A stretch of 34,925 nucleotides of DNA from Bacillota bacterium (GCA_021797925.1 JAJZYS010000003.1:1-34925), one strand, 5' to 3'. Positions 1-9,812 are shown, counted from the first letter of the stretch. A program made the numbers and translations. The notes: a model not told the origin generated them from the letters alone.

Positions 1-1
1 C

Positions 2-361
2 ACCTGCGGCGACGGCCTCGTCGACGAGACCAACGTCCTGCCCCGCGTGGTCGGCGGCCGGCGCCTGGCCCGCGGCGTGATCACGGCCGTCCGCGTCTCG
101 ACCGACGGCGGATGCGTCTTCATCGGCGACAACGCGGGATGGGTGGACGTGCTCGCGGCGGCCACGGGCCGCACCGTGGCACGCCGCCACCTGGGCGGCG
201 TGCTCGACGTGGAGCCCATGACCATCGTCGACGGCACCCTGTACGTGGCCGCGTTCACCGGGGATCCGCTGGTGCTGGCGGACCCGGGCTTCGCGCCGGT
301 GACGCCGGAAAACACCGGCAACGTCTTCGCGATGCCCGTATCGTCGCTCGTGCCGCGCTGA
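2..361 (+). CDS. PQQ-like beta-propeller repeat protein, C-terminal part (5' truncated by window)
   Basis: Open frame from position 2 to TGA at 361; propeller-blade motifs VFIGDNAGWVDVLAAATGR and PMTIVDGTLYVAA...GNVFAM. Confidence 0.6.
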   Translation, partial: TCGDGLVDETNVLPRVVGGRRLARGVITAVRVSTDGGCVFIGDNAGWVDVLAAATGRTVARRHLGGVLDVEPMTIVDGTLYVAAFTGDPLVLADPGFAPVTPENTGNVFAMPVSSLVPR

Positions 362-473
362 ACGTGCTCGGACCGAGGGCGAGGCGTTGCCCCACGCGCG
401 GGTCGGGCGAAGACGACGGCGGCCTGTCCTCGGCCGCGGCGGGGACGTGGTTCCCCGCGCCGCGGGTCCCTCG

Positions 474-944
474 TCAGTGGCCCTGGCGCGCCCGCCGCAT
501 GATGACGACCAGGGCGGCGAGGGCGGCCGTCACCATCGCCATGGGCACCAGCGCCGCGTAGGGCGTGACGGAGGGCGCCTGCTGCTGGTCGGCGGCGAGC
601 GCCGACTCCATGGTCAGCGGCCGCCGGACCGTCTGGCCCCGGCGGTCCTCGACCACCAGGATCCCCGTCTCCGCGCCGCCGATGATCCGGATGGAGGCGG
701 GCCGCCCCACCCTCAGCACCCGGGTGTGCGCCCCGGTCACGGGAAGCTCGATCCGCCGGCCGTCGGGGGCGATCCAGTAGGCGTCAAAGGGCGGAGTGCC
801 GCCCCGGATGACCACCCGCTCGCTCTGCCCGGGATCGAGCACCGGCGACCAGTGCTGAAGGAGCATCGTGCTGGCCGCCCGCGCCGCCGGGGCGGCCAGG
901 GCCAGGGTCGTGGCGACCACAAGCGCCCACCACCGTCTGCGCAC
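474..944 (-). CDS. Hypothetical exported protein with N-terminal signal peptide and C-terminal TM anchor
   Basis: GTG at 944 preceded by GGGAGG; MRRRWWALVVATTLALAAPAARA-A signal; hydrophobic C-terminus followed by RRARQGH. Confidence 0.65.
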   Translation of the reverse strand: MRRRWWALVVATTLALAAPAARAASTMLLQHWSPVLDPGQSERVVIRGGTPPFDAYWIAPDGRRIELPVTGAHTRVLRVGRPASIRIIGGAETGILVVEDRRGQTVRRPLTMESALAADQQQAPSVTPYAALVPMAMVTAALAALVVIMRRARQGH

Positions 945-973
945 CAGGTGTCCCTCCCGATCCATCCGCCGGG

Positions 974-1002
974 ATCATACCAGGATCGGGCCGGGGTCAC
1001 AA
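974..1002 (-). promoter_or_regulatory. Putative sigma-A promoter for 474..944
   Basis: Minus strand TTGTGA-N17-TATGAT with TG extension. Confidence 0.5.
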
Positions 1003-1103
1003 ATGCGCCCCGGTGCCCGCGCGGCTTCGTCCCTGATGCAGGATCCGCCCAGACCCCCGTGCGTGCCGTTCGCCAGACCGCCGAGGCCGTGTCCGGGTCA
1101 TCG

Positions 1104-1133
1104 TTGTCCCCCGCATCCCCCCTGTGGTAGCAT
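1104..1133 (+). promoter_or_regulatory. Putative sigma-A promoter for aroQ-pepP-efp
   Basis: TTGTCC-N18-TAGCAT with TGTG extended -10, upstream of the GGAGG RBS. Confidence 0.4.
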
Positions 1134-1154
1134 GAGTCGACTGGAGGCCACGGC

Positions 1155-1604
1155 GTGCGCATCGCGGTGATCGACGGACCCAACCTGAACCTTCTGGGCG
1201 AGCGCGAGCCCCAGATCTACGGCGCCGTCACCCTGGAGGAGATCCGCCGCTCGCTGGAGGAGACGGCTCGGGGGCTCGGGGTGGAACTGGAGTTTCACCA
1301 GTCCAACCACGAGGGCGACCTGGTGGACGCGCTGCACGCGGTGCGCCAGCGGGCCCAGGCGGTGATCCTCAACGCCGGGGCGCTGACCCACTACGGGCTG
1401 AGCCTGCGCGACGCCATCAGCGCGGTGCGGCTGCCGGTGATCGAGGTGCACCTGTCCAATCCCGACGCCAGGGAGCCGTTCCGGCGCACCTCGGTCATCG
1501 CGCCGGTGGTGCGGGGCCGCATCGCCGGTTTCGGGGCCCACTCCTATGAGCTGGCCCTCCTGGCGGCGGTGAGGCTGGTCGACCCCGGGGCCGGGCGGCG
1601 ATGA
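1155..1604 (+). CDS. aroQ: Type II 3-dehydroquinate dehydratase
   Basis: GPNLNLLGEREPQIYG, QSNHEG, NAGALTH and IEVHLSN motifs; synteny with pepP/efp. Confidence 0.97.
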   Translation: MRIAVIDGPNLNLLGEREPQIYGAVTLEEIRRSLEETARGLGVELEFHQSNHEGDLVDALHAVRQRAQAVILNAGALTHYGLSLRDAISAVRLPVIEVHLSNPDAREPFRRTSVIAPVVRGRIAGFGAHSYELALLAAVRLVDPGAGRR

Positions 1605-2686
1605 GGGAGCGGCTGGATGCGGTCCGGGCAAGGATGGCGGACCGCGGCATCGACGGACTCCTGGTGACGGGCGAGGAGAACGTGCACTACCTGACCGGCG
1701 TGCCCGACTGCGAGGGCTGGGCGCTGGTGGGGGAGCGAACCCTGCACCTCGTCGTGGACGGACGCTACATCGAGGCCGCCCGTCGCGACCTGGACCCGGC
1801 GCTGGGACAGGTGCTCGAGTGGAGCCGGCCCTTCGAGGAGCACCTGGGCGCCCTCCTCGCGCGGATCGGCGTCACCCGGCTGGGGTTCGAGGCGGACAAG
1901 GTGAGCGTGGCGCTCGCCGGGCGACTTGCCGCCGCGCTGGGCGGCGTGGCGCTGGTGCAGACGAACGGCGTCGTCGAGGACCTGCGCCTTGTCAAGTCCG
2001 AGGATGAGATCGCCGCGATCCGCCGGGCGGCGAGCATCGCGGATGAGAGCCTGCGGGAGCTTCTGCCCCGGATCCGGCCCGGGGCGAGCGAGGTCGACCT
2101 GGCCATGGAGCTGGAGTGGATCATGCGCCGCCGGGGGGCGGAGCGGGCCGCGTTCGCGTTCATCGTCGCGTCGGGCCCACGGGCGGCGCTGCCACACGGG
2201 CGCGCCTCGGGGCGCCGGCTGGAGCGGGGCGACGCCGTGACCTTCGACATCGGGGCGGTGGTGGGCGGGTACGCTTCCGACATGACCCGCACCTTCCTCC
2301 TCGATCCCGTGGACGCGACCATGGCGCAGGTGTGGGAGATCGTGGCCCGCGCGCAGCGCGAGGCGGTCGCGGCCGTCCGGCCGGGCGTCACCGGCCGGGA
2401 CGTGGACCGGGTGGCTCGCGACATCATCGCGGCCGCGGGGTACGGCCCGAGGTTTCTTCACGGAACCGGTCACGGGGTGGGGCTTGAGATCCACGAGGGG
2501 CCGCAGGTCGCCGTGAAGGGGGAGACCGTGCTCAGGCCCGGGATGGTGGTGACCGTGGAACCGGGGATCTACATCGAGGGGCTGGGCGGGGTGCGCATCG
2601 AGGACACCGTGGCGGTGCGGCCCGACGGACCCGAGGTGCTGACCCGCTTTCCCATTCAAGCGCGCCTCGAGGCCCTCGAGTCTTGA
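1601..2686 (+). CDS. pepP: Xaa-Pro aminopeptidase (M24B, YqhT/PapA-like)
   Basis: [35 protein letters not shown] and GGVRIED motifs. Confidence 0.93.
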   Translation: MRERLDAVRARMADRGIDGLLVTGEENVHYLTGVPDCEGWALVGERTLHLVVDGRYIEAARRDLDPALGQVLEWSRPFEEHLGALLARIGVTRLGFEADKVSVALAGRLAAALGGVALVQTNGVVEDLRLVKSEDEIAAIRRAASIADESLRELLPRIRPGASEVDLAMELEWIMRRRGAERAAFAFIVASGPRAALPHGRASGRRLERGDAVTFDIGAVVGGYASDMTRTFLLDPVDATMAQVWEIVARAQREAVAAVRPGVTGRDVDRVARDIIAAAGYGPRFLHGTGHGVGLEIHEGPQVAVKGETVLRPGMVVTVEPGIYIEGLGGVRIEDTVAVRPDGPEVLTRFPIQARLEALES

Positions 2687-2705
2687 GCCAGCGGGGGGAT
2701 CGCAG

Positions 2706-3263
2706 TTGATATCGACCAATGACTTTCGCAACGGCGCCACCTTCGAGCTGGACGGGGACGTCTATCAGGTGGTGGAGTTCCAGCATGTCAAGCCCGGCAA
2801 GGGTTCGGCCTTCGTTCGCGCCAAGATCCGCAACCTGCGGACCGGGGCCCAGCTGGAGCGCACGTTCAACGCCGGCGAGAAGCTGCCGGTGGCCCGGGTG
2901 GACAAGCGGGAGATGCAGTACCTCTATCAATCCGAGGGAAGCTACAGCTTCATGGACACCGAGACGTACGACCAGGTGACCCTGCCCAGGGAGACCCTGG
3001 GCGATGCGCTCAACTTCCTCAAGGAGAACATGAACATCCATATCCTGCGCTTCGGCGACGCCGTCATCGGCGTGGAGCTGCCCAACTCCGTGGAGCTCGA
3101 GGTGGTGGAGACCGACCCCGGCCTCAAGGGCGACACGGCGGCCGGCGGGACCAAGCCCGCCCGGCTCGAGACGGGATACGTGGTCCGGGTGCCGCTGTTC
3201 ATCAACCCCGGCGACCGCCTCGTCATCGACACCCGGTCCGGTCAGTACCTCAGCCGGGCCTGA
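2706..3263 (+). CDS. efp: Translation elongation factor P
   Basis: [21 protein letters not shown] and [13 protein letters not shown] motifs. Confidence 0.98.
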   Translation: MISTNDFRNGATFELDGDVYQVVEFQHVKPGKGSAFVRAKIRNLRTGAQLERTFNAGEKLPVARVDKREMQYLYQSEGSYSFMDTETYDQVTLPRETLGDALNFLKENMNIHILRFGDAVIGVELPNSVELEVVETDPGLKGDTAAGGTKPARLETGYVVRVPLFINPGDRLVIDTRSGQYLSRA

Positions 3264-3273
3264 CGCCGGACCG

Positions 3274-3307
3274 GCCGACACCCGCCCTTCCCGGGGCGGG
3301 TGTCGGC
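3274..3307 (+). terminator. GC-rich hairpin after efp, probable terminator (no U-tract)
   Basis: Perfect 14-bp stem GCCGACACCCGCCC / GGGCGGGTGTCGGC with 6-nt loop. Confidence 0.6.
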
Positions 3308-3343
3308 GTCCCGGGACCGGGCGCGCCCCTCCCGTGATCCAAG

Positions 3344-3372
3344 GCATAGCCCCCCCGCCGGGCCCATAGGCT
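3344..3372 (+). promoter_or_regulatory. Sigma-E-type promoter of the spoIIIA operon
   Basis: GCATAGC-N14-CATAGGCT matches the sigma-E consensus and spacing; spoIIIA is sigma-E controlled in Bacillota. Confidence 0.75.
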
Positions 3373-3392
3373 GACGGGGGAGGGGACACGCC

Positions 3393-4370
3393 GTGAGCCT
3401 GGTGTCGGTGCGGCCCCGCGGAATCGAGCCGTGGGACGAGGTGGTCTCCAGGCTGCCGCCGGCGCTCAGGGGACGCCTCGACGGGGTGCCCGCGGCCGTG
3501 CGCCGCACGGCCGAGGAGATCCGCCTGAGGCCCCGGGTGCCCGTCGAGGTGGTGGGCGAGGGTGGAGGCGGCTTTGTCGACCCCCAGGGGCGGCTGACCC
3601 CCGAGCCCCGCGACGGCGAGCTCGAGCCCGCGCTGATCCACGCCACGCTGGAGCGACTCCTCGAGTGGTCGGTATACCGGGCGGGGGAGGAGCTCCGGCT
3701 CGGCTACCTGACGCTGGAGGGCGGGCACCGGGTGGGCCTGGGGGGCCGCACGGTGCTGCGCCGGGGCCGGGTGCACGCGCTGCGGCCGGTGACGTGCCTG
3801 GCCATCCGCATCGCGCGGGAAGTGACGGGCGGCGCCCAGGAGCTGCTCCGTTCCCTGACCGCCGGGGGCGTGATGCACTCCACGCTCGTCGTGTCGCCGC
3901 CCCGGGCGGGCAAGACCACGCTGCTGCGGGGTCTTGCCCGGCTCATCTCCGCCGGCGGCCCCGGCCTCCCCGGGCGCAGGGTGGTGGTGATCGACGAGCG
4001 CTCCGAGCTGGGCGGGGCACGGGACGGGGTGGCCCAGCGGGACCTGGGACCGCGCACGGACCTCCTGGACGGCTGTCCCAAGGCCGAGGGGATCCTCATG
4101 GCCATCCGCTCCCTCTCGCCCGACCTCGTGGTGACCGACGAGCTGGGGCGGGACGCGGACGTGGACGCGATCCGGGAAGCGGTGCACGCGGGAGTGGCGG
4201 TGCTCGCCAGCGCCCACGCCCGCGACGCCGCCGACGCAAAGGCGCGCCCCAGCCTGTCTCCCCTTTTCGACGGGCGCTCGTTCACGCGGGTGGTGACCCT
4301 GTCGCGGCGCAGGGGGCCCGGCACCGTCGAGGCGGTGCAGGAGCTGGGGATGCAAGCTTGCTCTTCCTGA
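3393..4370 (+). CDS. spoIIIAA: Stage III sporulation ATPase SpoIIIAA
   Basis: EEIRLR, GYLTLEGGHRVG, SPPRAGKTTLLR, VIDERSE, DGCPKAEG and RSLSPD..TDELG motifs. Confidence 0.96.
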   Translation: MSLVSVRPRGIEPWDEVVSRLPPALRGRLDGVPAAVRRTAEEIRLRPRVPVEVVGEGGGGFVDPQGRLTPEPRDGELEPALIHATLERLLEWSVYRAGEELRLGYLTLEGGHRVGLGGRTVLRRGRVHALRPVTCLAIRIAREVTGGAQELLRSLTAGGVMHSTLVVSPPRAGKTTLLRGLARLISAGGPGLPGRRVVVIDERSELGGARDGVAQRDLGPRTDLLDGCPKAEGILMAIRSLSPDLVVTDELGRDADVDAIREAVHAGVAVLASAHARDAADAKARPSLSPLFDGRSFTRVVTLSRRRGPGTVEAVQELGMQACSS

Positions 4371-4879
4371 AGCTCCTGGGGGCGGCCCTGACCCTCGCGG
4401 GCACCGCCAGGCTGGGACGGCTCTTGGGCGGTCGGTACGCCAGCCGCACCCGGGAGATCGGCCGCTGGCGGACCGCCCTCTCCATCCTGGCGACGGAGCT
4501 TGGGTTCGGCGCCCTGGTGCTGACCCAGGCCCTGGAGCGGATGGCCCTTGCCGTCGGAGGCCATCCGGGAGGGGTGGCGCGCAGGGCCGTGGCGCTCCTT
4601 CACGAGGGGGAATCCTCCGCGGCGGCCGCCTGGCGGCAGGCGGTGACGGAGGCCTCGCCGCGGTGCAGCCTCACCCCCGAGGACGAGGCGACCCTCCTGG
4701 ACCTGGGGGTGTACCTGGGCGCCACCGACCAGGAAGACCAGCTGCGCCACCTGAAGCTGGCCGAGGAGCGCATGGTGGGCAGCGAGCGGGTGGCCAGGGG
4801 CGAGCAGGCGCAGCGGGAACGGCTCCTGGGGACCCTGGGCTGGATCACGGGCGTCCTCATCGTGCTGATGCTGCTCTGA
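4358..4879 (+). CDS. spoIIIAB: Stage III sporulation protein AB
   Basis: TTG start; LKLLGAAL N-terminus, LG..LGATD.EDQ..HL motif, hydrophobic C-terminus; operon order. Confidence 0.9.
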   Translation: MLFLKLLGAALTLAGTARLGRLLGGRYASRTREIGRWRTALSILATELGFGALVLTQALERMALAVGGHPGGVARRAVALLHEGESSAAAAWRQAVTEASPRCSLTPEDEATLLDLGVYLGATDQEDQLRHLKLAEERMVGSERVARGEQAQRERLLGTLGWITGVLIVLMLL

Positions 4880-4896
4880 GAGGGAGGGCTCCGCGA

Positions 4897-5094
4897 ATGC
4901 CCAGCGTCGATCTCATCTTCAAGATCGCAGGCGTGGGGATCGCGGTCGCCGTGATCCACCTGGTGCTCAGCAAGGCCGGCAAGGAGGAGTACGGCTTCTT
5001 CGCCACGCTGGCCGGGGTGGCGATCGTCTTCCTGGTGGTCGTCCAGCTCCTGAGCCGGCTGTTCGACGCGGTGAAGACCTTGTTCAACCTATGA
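4897..5094 (+). CDS. spoIIIAC: Stage III sporulation protein AC
   Basis: VDLIFKIAGVGI..VL.KAGKEE..F..VKTLF; GGGAGG RBS. Confidence 0.95.
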   Translation: MPSVDLIFKIAGVGIAVAVIHLVLSKAGKEEYGFFATLAGVAIVFLVVVQLLSRLFDAVKTLFNL

Positions 5095-5495
5095 CCCTGG
5101 GCATCGCCGGCCTCGTGGGAGCGACGCTGGTGATGGTGGTGCTCCTGGCCGTCGTCCGCCAGGCCCGGGCGGAGATGGGAATCCAGCTGGGGATCGCGGC
5201 CGCCGCCACCATCTTCCTCATCCTCCTGCCCCAGATCGCCCTCGCGGTGCGGCTGCTGGAGACGGTGGCGCTCAAGGCGCACATCGAGCTGCGGTTCCTG
5301 GACGTGGTGCTGAGGGTCATCGGCATCGCCTACCTGGCGGAGTTCGGGGCCCAGGTGGCCCGCGACGCCGGGGAGGGCGCCCTGGCGCAGAAGCTGGAGC
5401 TGGGCGGCAAGGTCCTCATCCTGGTGCTGGCGATCCCCGTGGTGAACGCCCTGCTCAGCCTGGTGCTCGGACTCATGCGCCCGGGGGCGCTGTGA
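5091..5495 (+). CDS. spoIIIAD: Stage III sporulation protein AD
   Basis: VIGIAYLAEFGAQVARDAGEGALAQKLELGGK signature. Confidence 0.95.
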   Translation: MTLGIAGLVGATLVMVVLLAVVRQARAEMGIQLGIAAAATIFLILLPQIALAVRLLETVALKAHIELRFLDVVLRVIGIAYLAEFGAQVARDAGEGALAQKLELGGKVLILVLAIPVVNALLSLVLGLMRPGAL

Positions 5496-5508
5496 AGGGA
5501 GGTGGCGT

Positions 5509-6681
5509 GTGATCGCCCGCCTTGTGCTGATGGGGATCATCCTGGGCGCCATCCTCCTCGCCGCGCCGGCGCTGGCCGGCGCGAGCCCCGACACGCCCCT
5601 GACCCTGGCCGAGCACCGCTTGGCGGAGCTGCCCACCGGGCACGTGGACGCGTACCTGCGGGAGATCAACCAGGCCAGCGCGGGATACCTGCCGGGACTG
5701 AGCTTCGGCCAGGCCCTGGCCACGCTGGGGCGCGGCGGGTTCGCCCCCGGGTCGATCCTCAAGGGGCTCTTCAACTACCTCTTTCGCGAGGTCGTCGACG
5801 ACATGTCGCTCCTGGGCAAGATCCTCGTCCTCACCGTCGGCTGCGCGGTCCTTATGCAGCTGGGTCGCGCCTTCCAGGGCGAGGACGTGGCGCGCCTCGC
5901 CCAGTCGGTGGCGTACATCGCGCTCCTGGGGCTCGCGTTCGCGTCCTTCGCCGTGGCGGTCCGCCTCGCCCACACCACGGTGTCGGACCTCACGGGCCTC
6001 ATGACGGCGGAGCTGCCGCTGCTGACGACGCTGCTCGTGGGATCGGGCGCCATCGCCACCGCGGCGCTCTTGCATCCGCTGCTCGTCGTGGCGGTGAACG
6101 GGATCACCTGGGCCGTGGCGGACCTCGTGCTCCCGCTCATCTTCCTGGCCGTGATCGCCGACATCGTGGGCCAGCTCACCGGATACCGGCTGGACCAGCT
6201 GGCGTCGCTGCTCCGGCAGGTGGGCCTGTGGTCCATGGGGCTCGGGCTGACGGTGTTCCTGGGGCTCGCCGCGATCTACGGCGCCGTGGGGCCCGTGGCC
6301 GACGGACTGACGCTGCGCACCTCCAAGTTCATGGCCGCCACCTTCGTGCCGGTGGTGGGCAAGATGTTCTCCGACGCGGCGGAGATCGTCTTCGGCTCCT
6401 CGCTGCTGCTGAAGCAGGCGGTGGGCGTCGTGGGCGTGCTGGCGGTGCTCTTCCTGGTGCTCATGCCGCTCATGAAGATCCTGGCGCTGGCGTTCATCTA
6501 CCGTCTGGCCGGGGCCGTGGCGGCCCCGGTGGGCGCGGGGACGGTGGCGGACTCGCTGGGCAGCATGGGCTCCGCGCTGACGCTGGTGGCCGTGGCGCTG
6601 GGGGCGGCGGGTCTCATGTTCTTCATCAGCGTCACCATCCTCTTCTCCGCCGGCAATCCCGGTCTCATGGCGCTGCCGTGA
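5509..6681 (+). CDS. spoIIIAE: Stage III sporulation protein AE
   Basis: Polytopic membrane protein with ADGLTLRTSKF..FVPVVGKMFSDA..LLKQAVG. Confidence 0.95.
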   Translation: MIARLVLMGIILGAILLAAPALAGASPDTPLTLAEHRLAELPTGHVDAYLREINQASAGYLPGLSFGQALATLGRGGFAPGSILKGLFNYLFREVVDDMSLLGKILVLTVGCAVLMQLGRAFQGEDVARLAQSVAYIALLGLAFASFAVAVRLAHTTVSDLTGLMTAELPLLTTLLVGSGAIATAALLHPLLVVAVNGITWAVADLVLPLIFLAVIADIVGQLTGYRLDQLASLLRQVGLWSMGLGLTVFLGLAAIYGAVGPVADGLTLRTSKFMAATFVPVVGKMFSDAAEIVFGSSLLLKQAVGVVGVLAVLFLVLMPLMKILALAFIYRLAGAVAAPVGAGTVADSLGSMGSALTLVAVALGAAGLMFFISVTILFSAGNPGLMALP

Positions 6682-7202
6682 GCGGGCTCGAGCAGTGGAT
6701 GGGCCGGCTCGTGGCCATCGCGCTGGTGGGATGGCTGGTGGAGATGATCGTCCCGCTCTCCACCATGCGCGGGTACGTGCGCCTGGTGGTGGGGCTGGCG
6801 CTGATGGTCGCGGTGGTGAGCCCCCTGGTGAGCCTTGTGGGCCGAGGCGCGACCATGAGCTTTCCTGCCCTGACCACCGGCGGCTCCGCTGACGCGAGCC
6901 TGGCGGGCCGCCGGCTGCTGCGGCGCGACCGCCAGTGGGTGTGGACCGCGGTGCTCGCCAGCGTGGAGCTCTCGGCCCGGGACGCGGCGCTGTCGGTTCC
7001 GGGCGTCGAGGACGCCCGGGTGTCGGCCCGCATCGACGAGCAGGTGGCCACGCCGGACTACGGGGTTCCCACCCGGGTGGTGGTGCGCATCCGGGGCGCC
7101 GGTGACGATCTGCCGGCCCGGGTGCAGGCGGCGGTGGCGGAGGACCTGGGCGTGGACCGCGGCGAGGTCACCGTCGCCGGGGAGAGGGGAGGCGGGTCGT
7201 GA
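6678..7202 (+). CDS. spoIIIAF: Stage III sporulation protein AF
   Basis: GTG overlapping the AE stop; W...LVEMIVP..MRGYVRLVVGL..V.SPL N-terminus. Confidence 0.88.
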   Translation: MSGLEQWMGRLVAIALVGWLVEMIVPLSTMRGYVRLVVGLALMVAVVSPLVSLVGRGATMSFPALTTGGSADASLAGRRLLRRDRQWVWTAVLASVELSARDAALSVPGVEDARVSARIDEQVATPDYGVPTRVVVRIRGAGDDLPARVQAAVAEDLGVDRGEVTVAGERGGGS

Positions 7203-7756
7203 AGAGCGCGTTTCTCAAGGGGATCGACCCGGGTCGGGCCCGGATCTGGATCATCGTGGCCGTGGGCGGGCTCGTGCTCCTCGTCGCGGGCCAGAGCCTG
7301 GGAGGCACCGGCGGGTCGACCCCGCCGGCCGGCGCCGCGGCGACCCCCGCCCGGACGCGGACGGCGGCTCAAGACCCCGTCCTGGCGCTTGAGGCCCAGA
7401 TGGACCTCAGCGCCCGGGCGGCCCTCGAGGGCATCGCCGGCGCCGGCCACGTGGCGGTCGACATCACGCTGGAGCGGACCGACAAGCTGGAGGTGGCAGA
7501 TAACGTGACGACGAGTCGATCGAGCGGGGGATCGGGCCAGAGCGCCAGCACCCAGACCCAGGAGACGCTCACGGCGGTCACGGGCCAGAGCGGGCAGCCG
7601 CTGGTGACCGATCAGAGCGCTCCCCCCATCGCCGGGGTGCTGGTGGTGGCCAGCGGCGCCCGCGTTCCCCAGGTGCGCGAGGCCCTGACCCAGGCCACCG
7701 AGACGCTGTTCGGCCTGCCCGCGTACCGGGTGCTGGTGCTGGAGGGCGCCCGATGA
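7199..7756 (+). CDS. spoIIIAG: Stage III sporulation protein AG
   Basis: N-terminal TM; LEGIAGAGHV.V.ITL and P.IAGVLVVASGA....V...L..A..TLF.LPAYRV motifs. Confidence 0.92.
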   Translation: MKSAFLKGIDPGRARIWIIVAVGGLVLLVAGQSLGGTGGSTPPAGAAATPARTRTAAQDPVLALEAQMDLSARAALEGIAGAGHVAVDITLERTDKLEVADNVTTSRSSGGSGQSASTQTQETLTAVTGQSGQPLVTDQSAPPIAGVLVVASGARVPQVREALTQATETLFGLPAYRVLVLEGAR

Positions 7757-8268
7757 GCCGGGCGAGCCGGCTCTTGCGCCTGGGCGTCTTTGTCGGGCTG
7801 CTGGCGGTGGGGGTGCGGTTCCTGGTCCACGGGGCTCCCCGGTATACCCGGGCGGTCCTGGAGCACCCCGCCGTCCGGCCGCCCGCGGCGGAGCTGTCGC
7901 GGCCGGCGCCGGCCACCCTGTACGTCCCGTGGTCCATCCGCCGCGACCGGGCCCAGAGCCGCGAGGTGGCCCACTACGCCGCGCTGGCCGAGGACGCCTC
8001 GCTGCCCATGACCATCCGGGTCAAGGCCGCCGACGCCGCCCAGGCGATCACCCGCGACGAGGTGCTGGAGAACCGCGCGGAGGCCGCCCTCGCCGGCGTG
8101 GGACTGCCCATGAGCGGGGTCATGGTGGCCGGAAACACGGTGGAGGTGCTCGTGGACGAACCGCTGAACCTGACCCGGGTGGAGGGCATCGCCCGGGTGG
8201 TGGAGGACGCCACGGGCCAGCCGGCTCAGAATCTCCTGATCCGGGACTGGGGCCGGCGCCGAGGCTGA
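7753..8268 (+). CDS. spoIIIAH: SpoIIIAH-like protein (short, divergent)
   Basis: N-terminal TM and C-terminal ring-building-like domain (ENRAEAAL..G...V.VLVD..L....V..IARVVE.ATG....L.I); last gene of the operon. Confidence 0.8.
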   Translation: MSRASRLLRLGVFVGLLAVGVRFLVHGAPRYTRAVLEHPAVRPPAAELSRPAPATLYVPWSIRRDRAQSREVAHYAALAEDASLPMTIRVKAADAAQAITRDEVLENRAEAALAGVGLPMSGVMVAGNTVEVLVDEPLNLTRVEGIARVVEDATGQPAQNLLIRDWGRRRG

Positions 8269-8348
8269 GTGGAATCGGCCCAGGCAGGAAATCATCGCTC
8301 CTGGGCGGAAACGTGGGGAAGCTTGGGCCGGGGAGGTTTGGGTCGCTG

Positions 8349-9701
8349 TTGCGCAAGGTACTGATCGCCAACCGGGGGGAGATCGCGGTCCGCGTCATCC
8401 GGGCGTGCCGGGAGCTGGGCCTGCGGACGGTGGCCGTCTATTCCGAGGCGGACCGGTCGTCGCTGCACGTCGCCATGGCGGACGAGGCGGTCCTCGTCGG
8501 GCCGGCGCCGGCCCGCCAGAGCTACCTGAGCATCCCCAACCTGATGCGGGCGGTGAGCGAGAGCGGAGCCGACGCGGTGCACCCGGGCTACGGGTTTCTC
8601 GCGGAGAACCGCGACTTCGCCCAGGTGTGCGAGCTGTGGGGGGTCAAGTTCATCGGGCCCCGCCCCGAGGCCATCGGGCGCATGGGCGGCAAGGCGGTGG
8701 CCCGCCAGACCGCCCAGGCGGCGGGTGTGCCCGTGGTGCCGGGGACGGACCCCGTGGCCGGGGCGCAGGCCGTCGCGGCGGCCCAGGAGCTCGGGTACCC
8801 GCTCATGGTCAAGGCCTCGGCCGGCGGGGGCGGTCGCGGCATCCGGGTGGTGGAGGGGCCCCACGAGCTCGAGGCGGCGCTGGAGCGGGCCTCGAGCGAG
8901 GCTCAGGCCGCCTTCGGCTCCTCGGAGCTGTACCTGGAGCGCCTCATCGTCCACCCCCGCCACGTGGAGATCCAGGTCATCGCCGACGAGCACGGCCACG
9001 TGGTGACGCTCGGCGAGCGCGAGTCCTCCCTGCAGCGCCGGCGGCAGAAGGTGCTCGAGGAGGCCCCCGCGGTGGGGGTCACCCCGGCGCTGCGGCAGGA
9101 GATGAGCGACGCGGCGGCCCGGGTGGCCCGGGCGGTGGACTATGTGAGCGCCGGGACCGTGGAGTTCCTCCTGGACGCCGAGGGGCGGTTCTACTTCATC
9201 GAGATGAACACCCGCATCCAGGTGGAGCACGCGTGCACGGAGCTGGTGACCGGGGTGGACATCGTCAAGGAGCAGATCCGGGTGGCCCAGGGGGAGCCCC
9301 TGAGCTTCGGCCAGGAGGACGTGCAGCTGCGGGGCTGGGCCATCGAGTGCCGCATCAACGCGGAGAACCCCGCCCGCGACTTCGCCCCCTCCCCGGGCGT
9401 CATCACCGAGTACCGTCCCCCCGGTGGACCGGGGATCCGGGTGGACGCCGGGGTCGCGGCGGGCTCGGTGATCCCGCCCTTTTACGACTCCATGGTCGCC
9501 AAGCTGCTCAGCTGGGGCCGCGACCGCCCCGAGGCCATCGCGCGCATGCGGCGGGCGCTGGACGAGTTCCGCATCGAGGGCATCCACACCACGATCCCGC
9601 TGCACCAGCGCATCCTCGAGGACCCGCGCTTTCTGGCGGGGCAGGTGCACACCTCCCTGCTCGAGGCGTCGATGATGCCCGGTCCGACCCGCGTCACGTG
9701 A
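8349..9701 (+). CDS. accC: Acetyl-CoA carboxylase biotin carboxylase subunit
   Basis: KVLIANRGEIAVR, HPGYGFLAEN, GGGGRG, EMNTRIQVEH, ECRINAE and PPFYDSM motifs; TTG start after GGGAGG. Confidence 0.95.
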   Translation: MRKVLIANRGEIAVRVIRACRELGLRTVAVYSEADRSSLHVAMADEAVLVGPAPARQSYLSIPNLMRAVSESGADAVHPGYGFLAENRDFAQVCELWGVKFIGPRPEAIGRMGGKAVARQTAQAAGVPVVPGTDPVAGAQAVAAAQELGYPLMVKASAGGGGRGIRVVEGPHELEAALERASSEAQAAFGSSELYLERLIVHPRHVEIQVIADEHGHVVTLGERESSLQRRRQKVLEEAPAVGVTPALRQEMSDAAARVARAVDYVSAGTVEFLLDAEGRFYFIEMNTRIQVEHACTELVTGVDIVKEQIRVAQGEPLSFGQEDVQLRGWAIECRINAENPARDFAPSPGVITEYRPPGGPGIRVDAGVAAGSVIPPFYDSMVAKLLSWGRDRPEAIARMRRALDEFRIEGIHTTIPLHQRILEDPRFLAGQVHTSLLEASMMPGPTRVT

Positions 9702-9772
9702 CGGCGGACCGCCCGGTCCCCGCGAGCGGCCCCGGCGGCTCGGGGCGCCGGCCGCGGCGAGGTTCGGGGTTC

Positions 9773-9781
9773 TGCTATACT
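9773..9781 (+). promoter_or_regulatory. Extended -10 element upstream of asp23
   Basis: TGCTATACT about 30 nt before the ATG, with AAAGGAAG RBS. Confidence 0.45.
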
Positions 9782-9812
9782 GGAAGGGGAGAGCACGAAA
9801 GGAAGTGTCACG

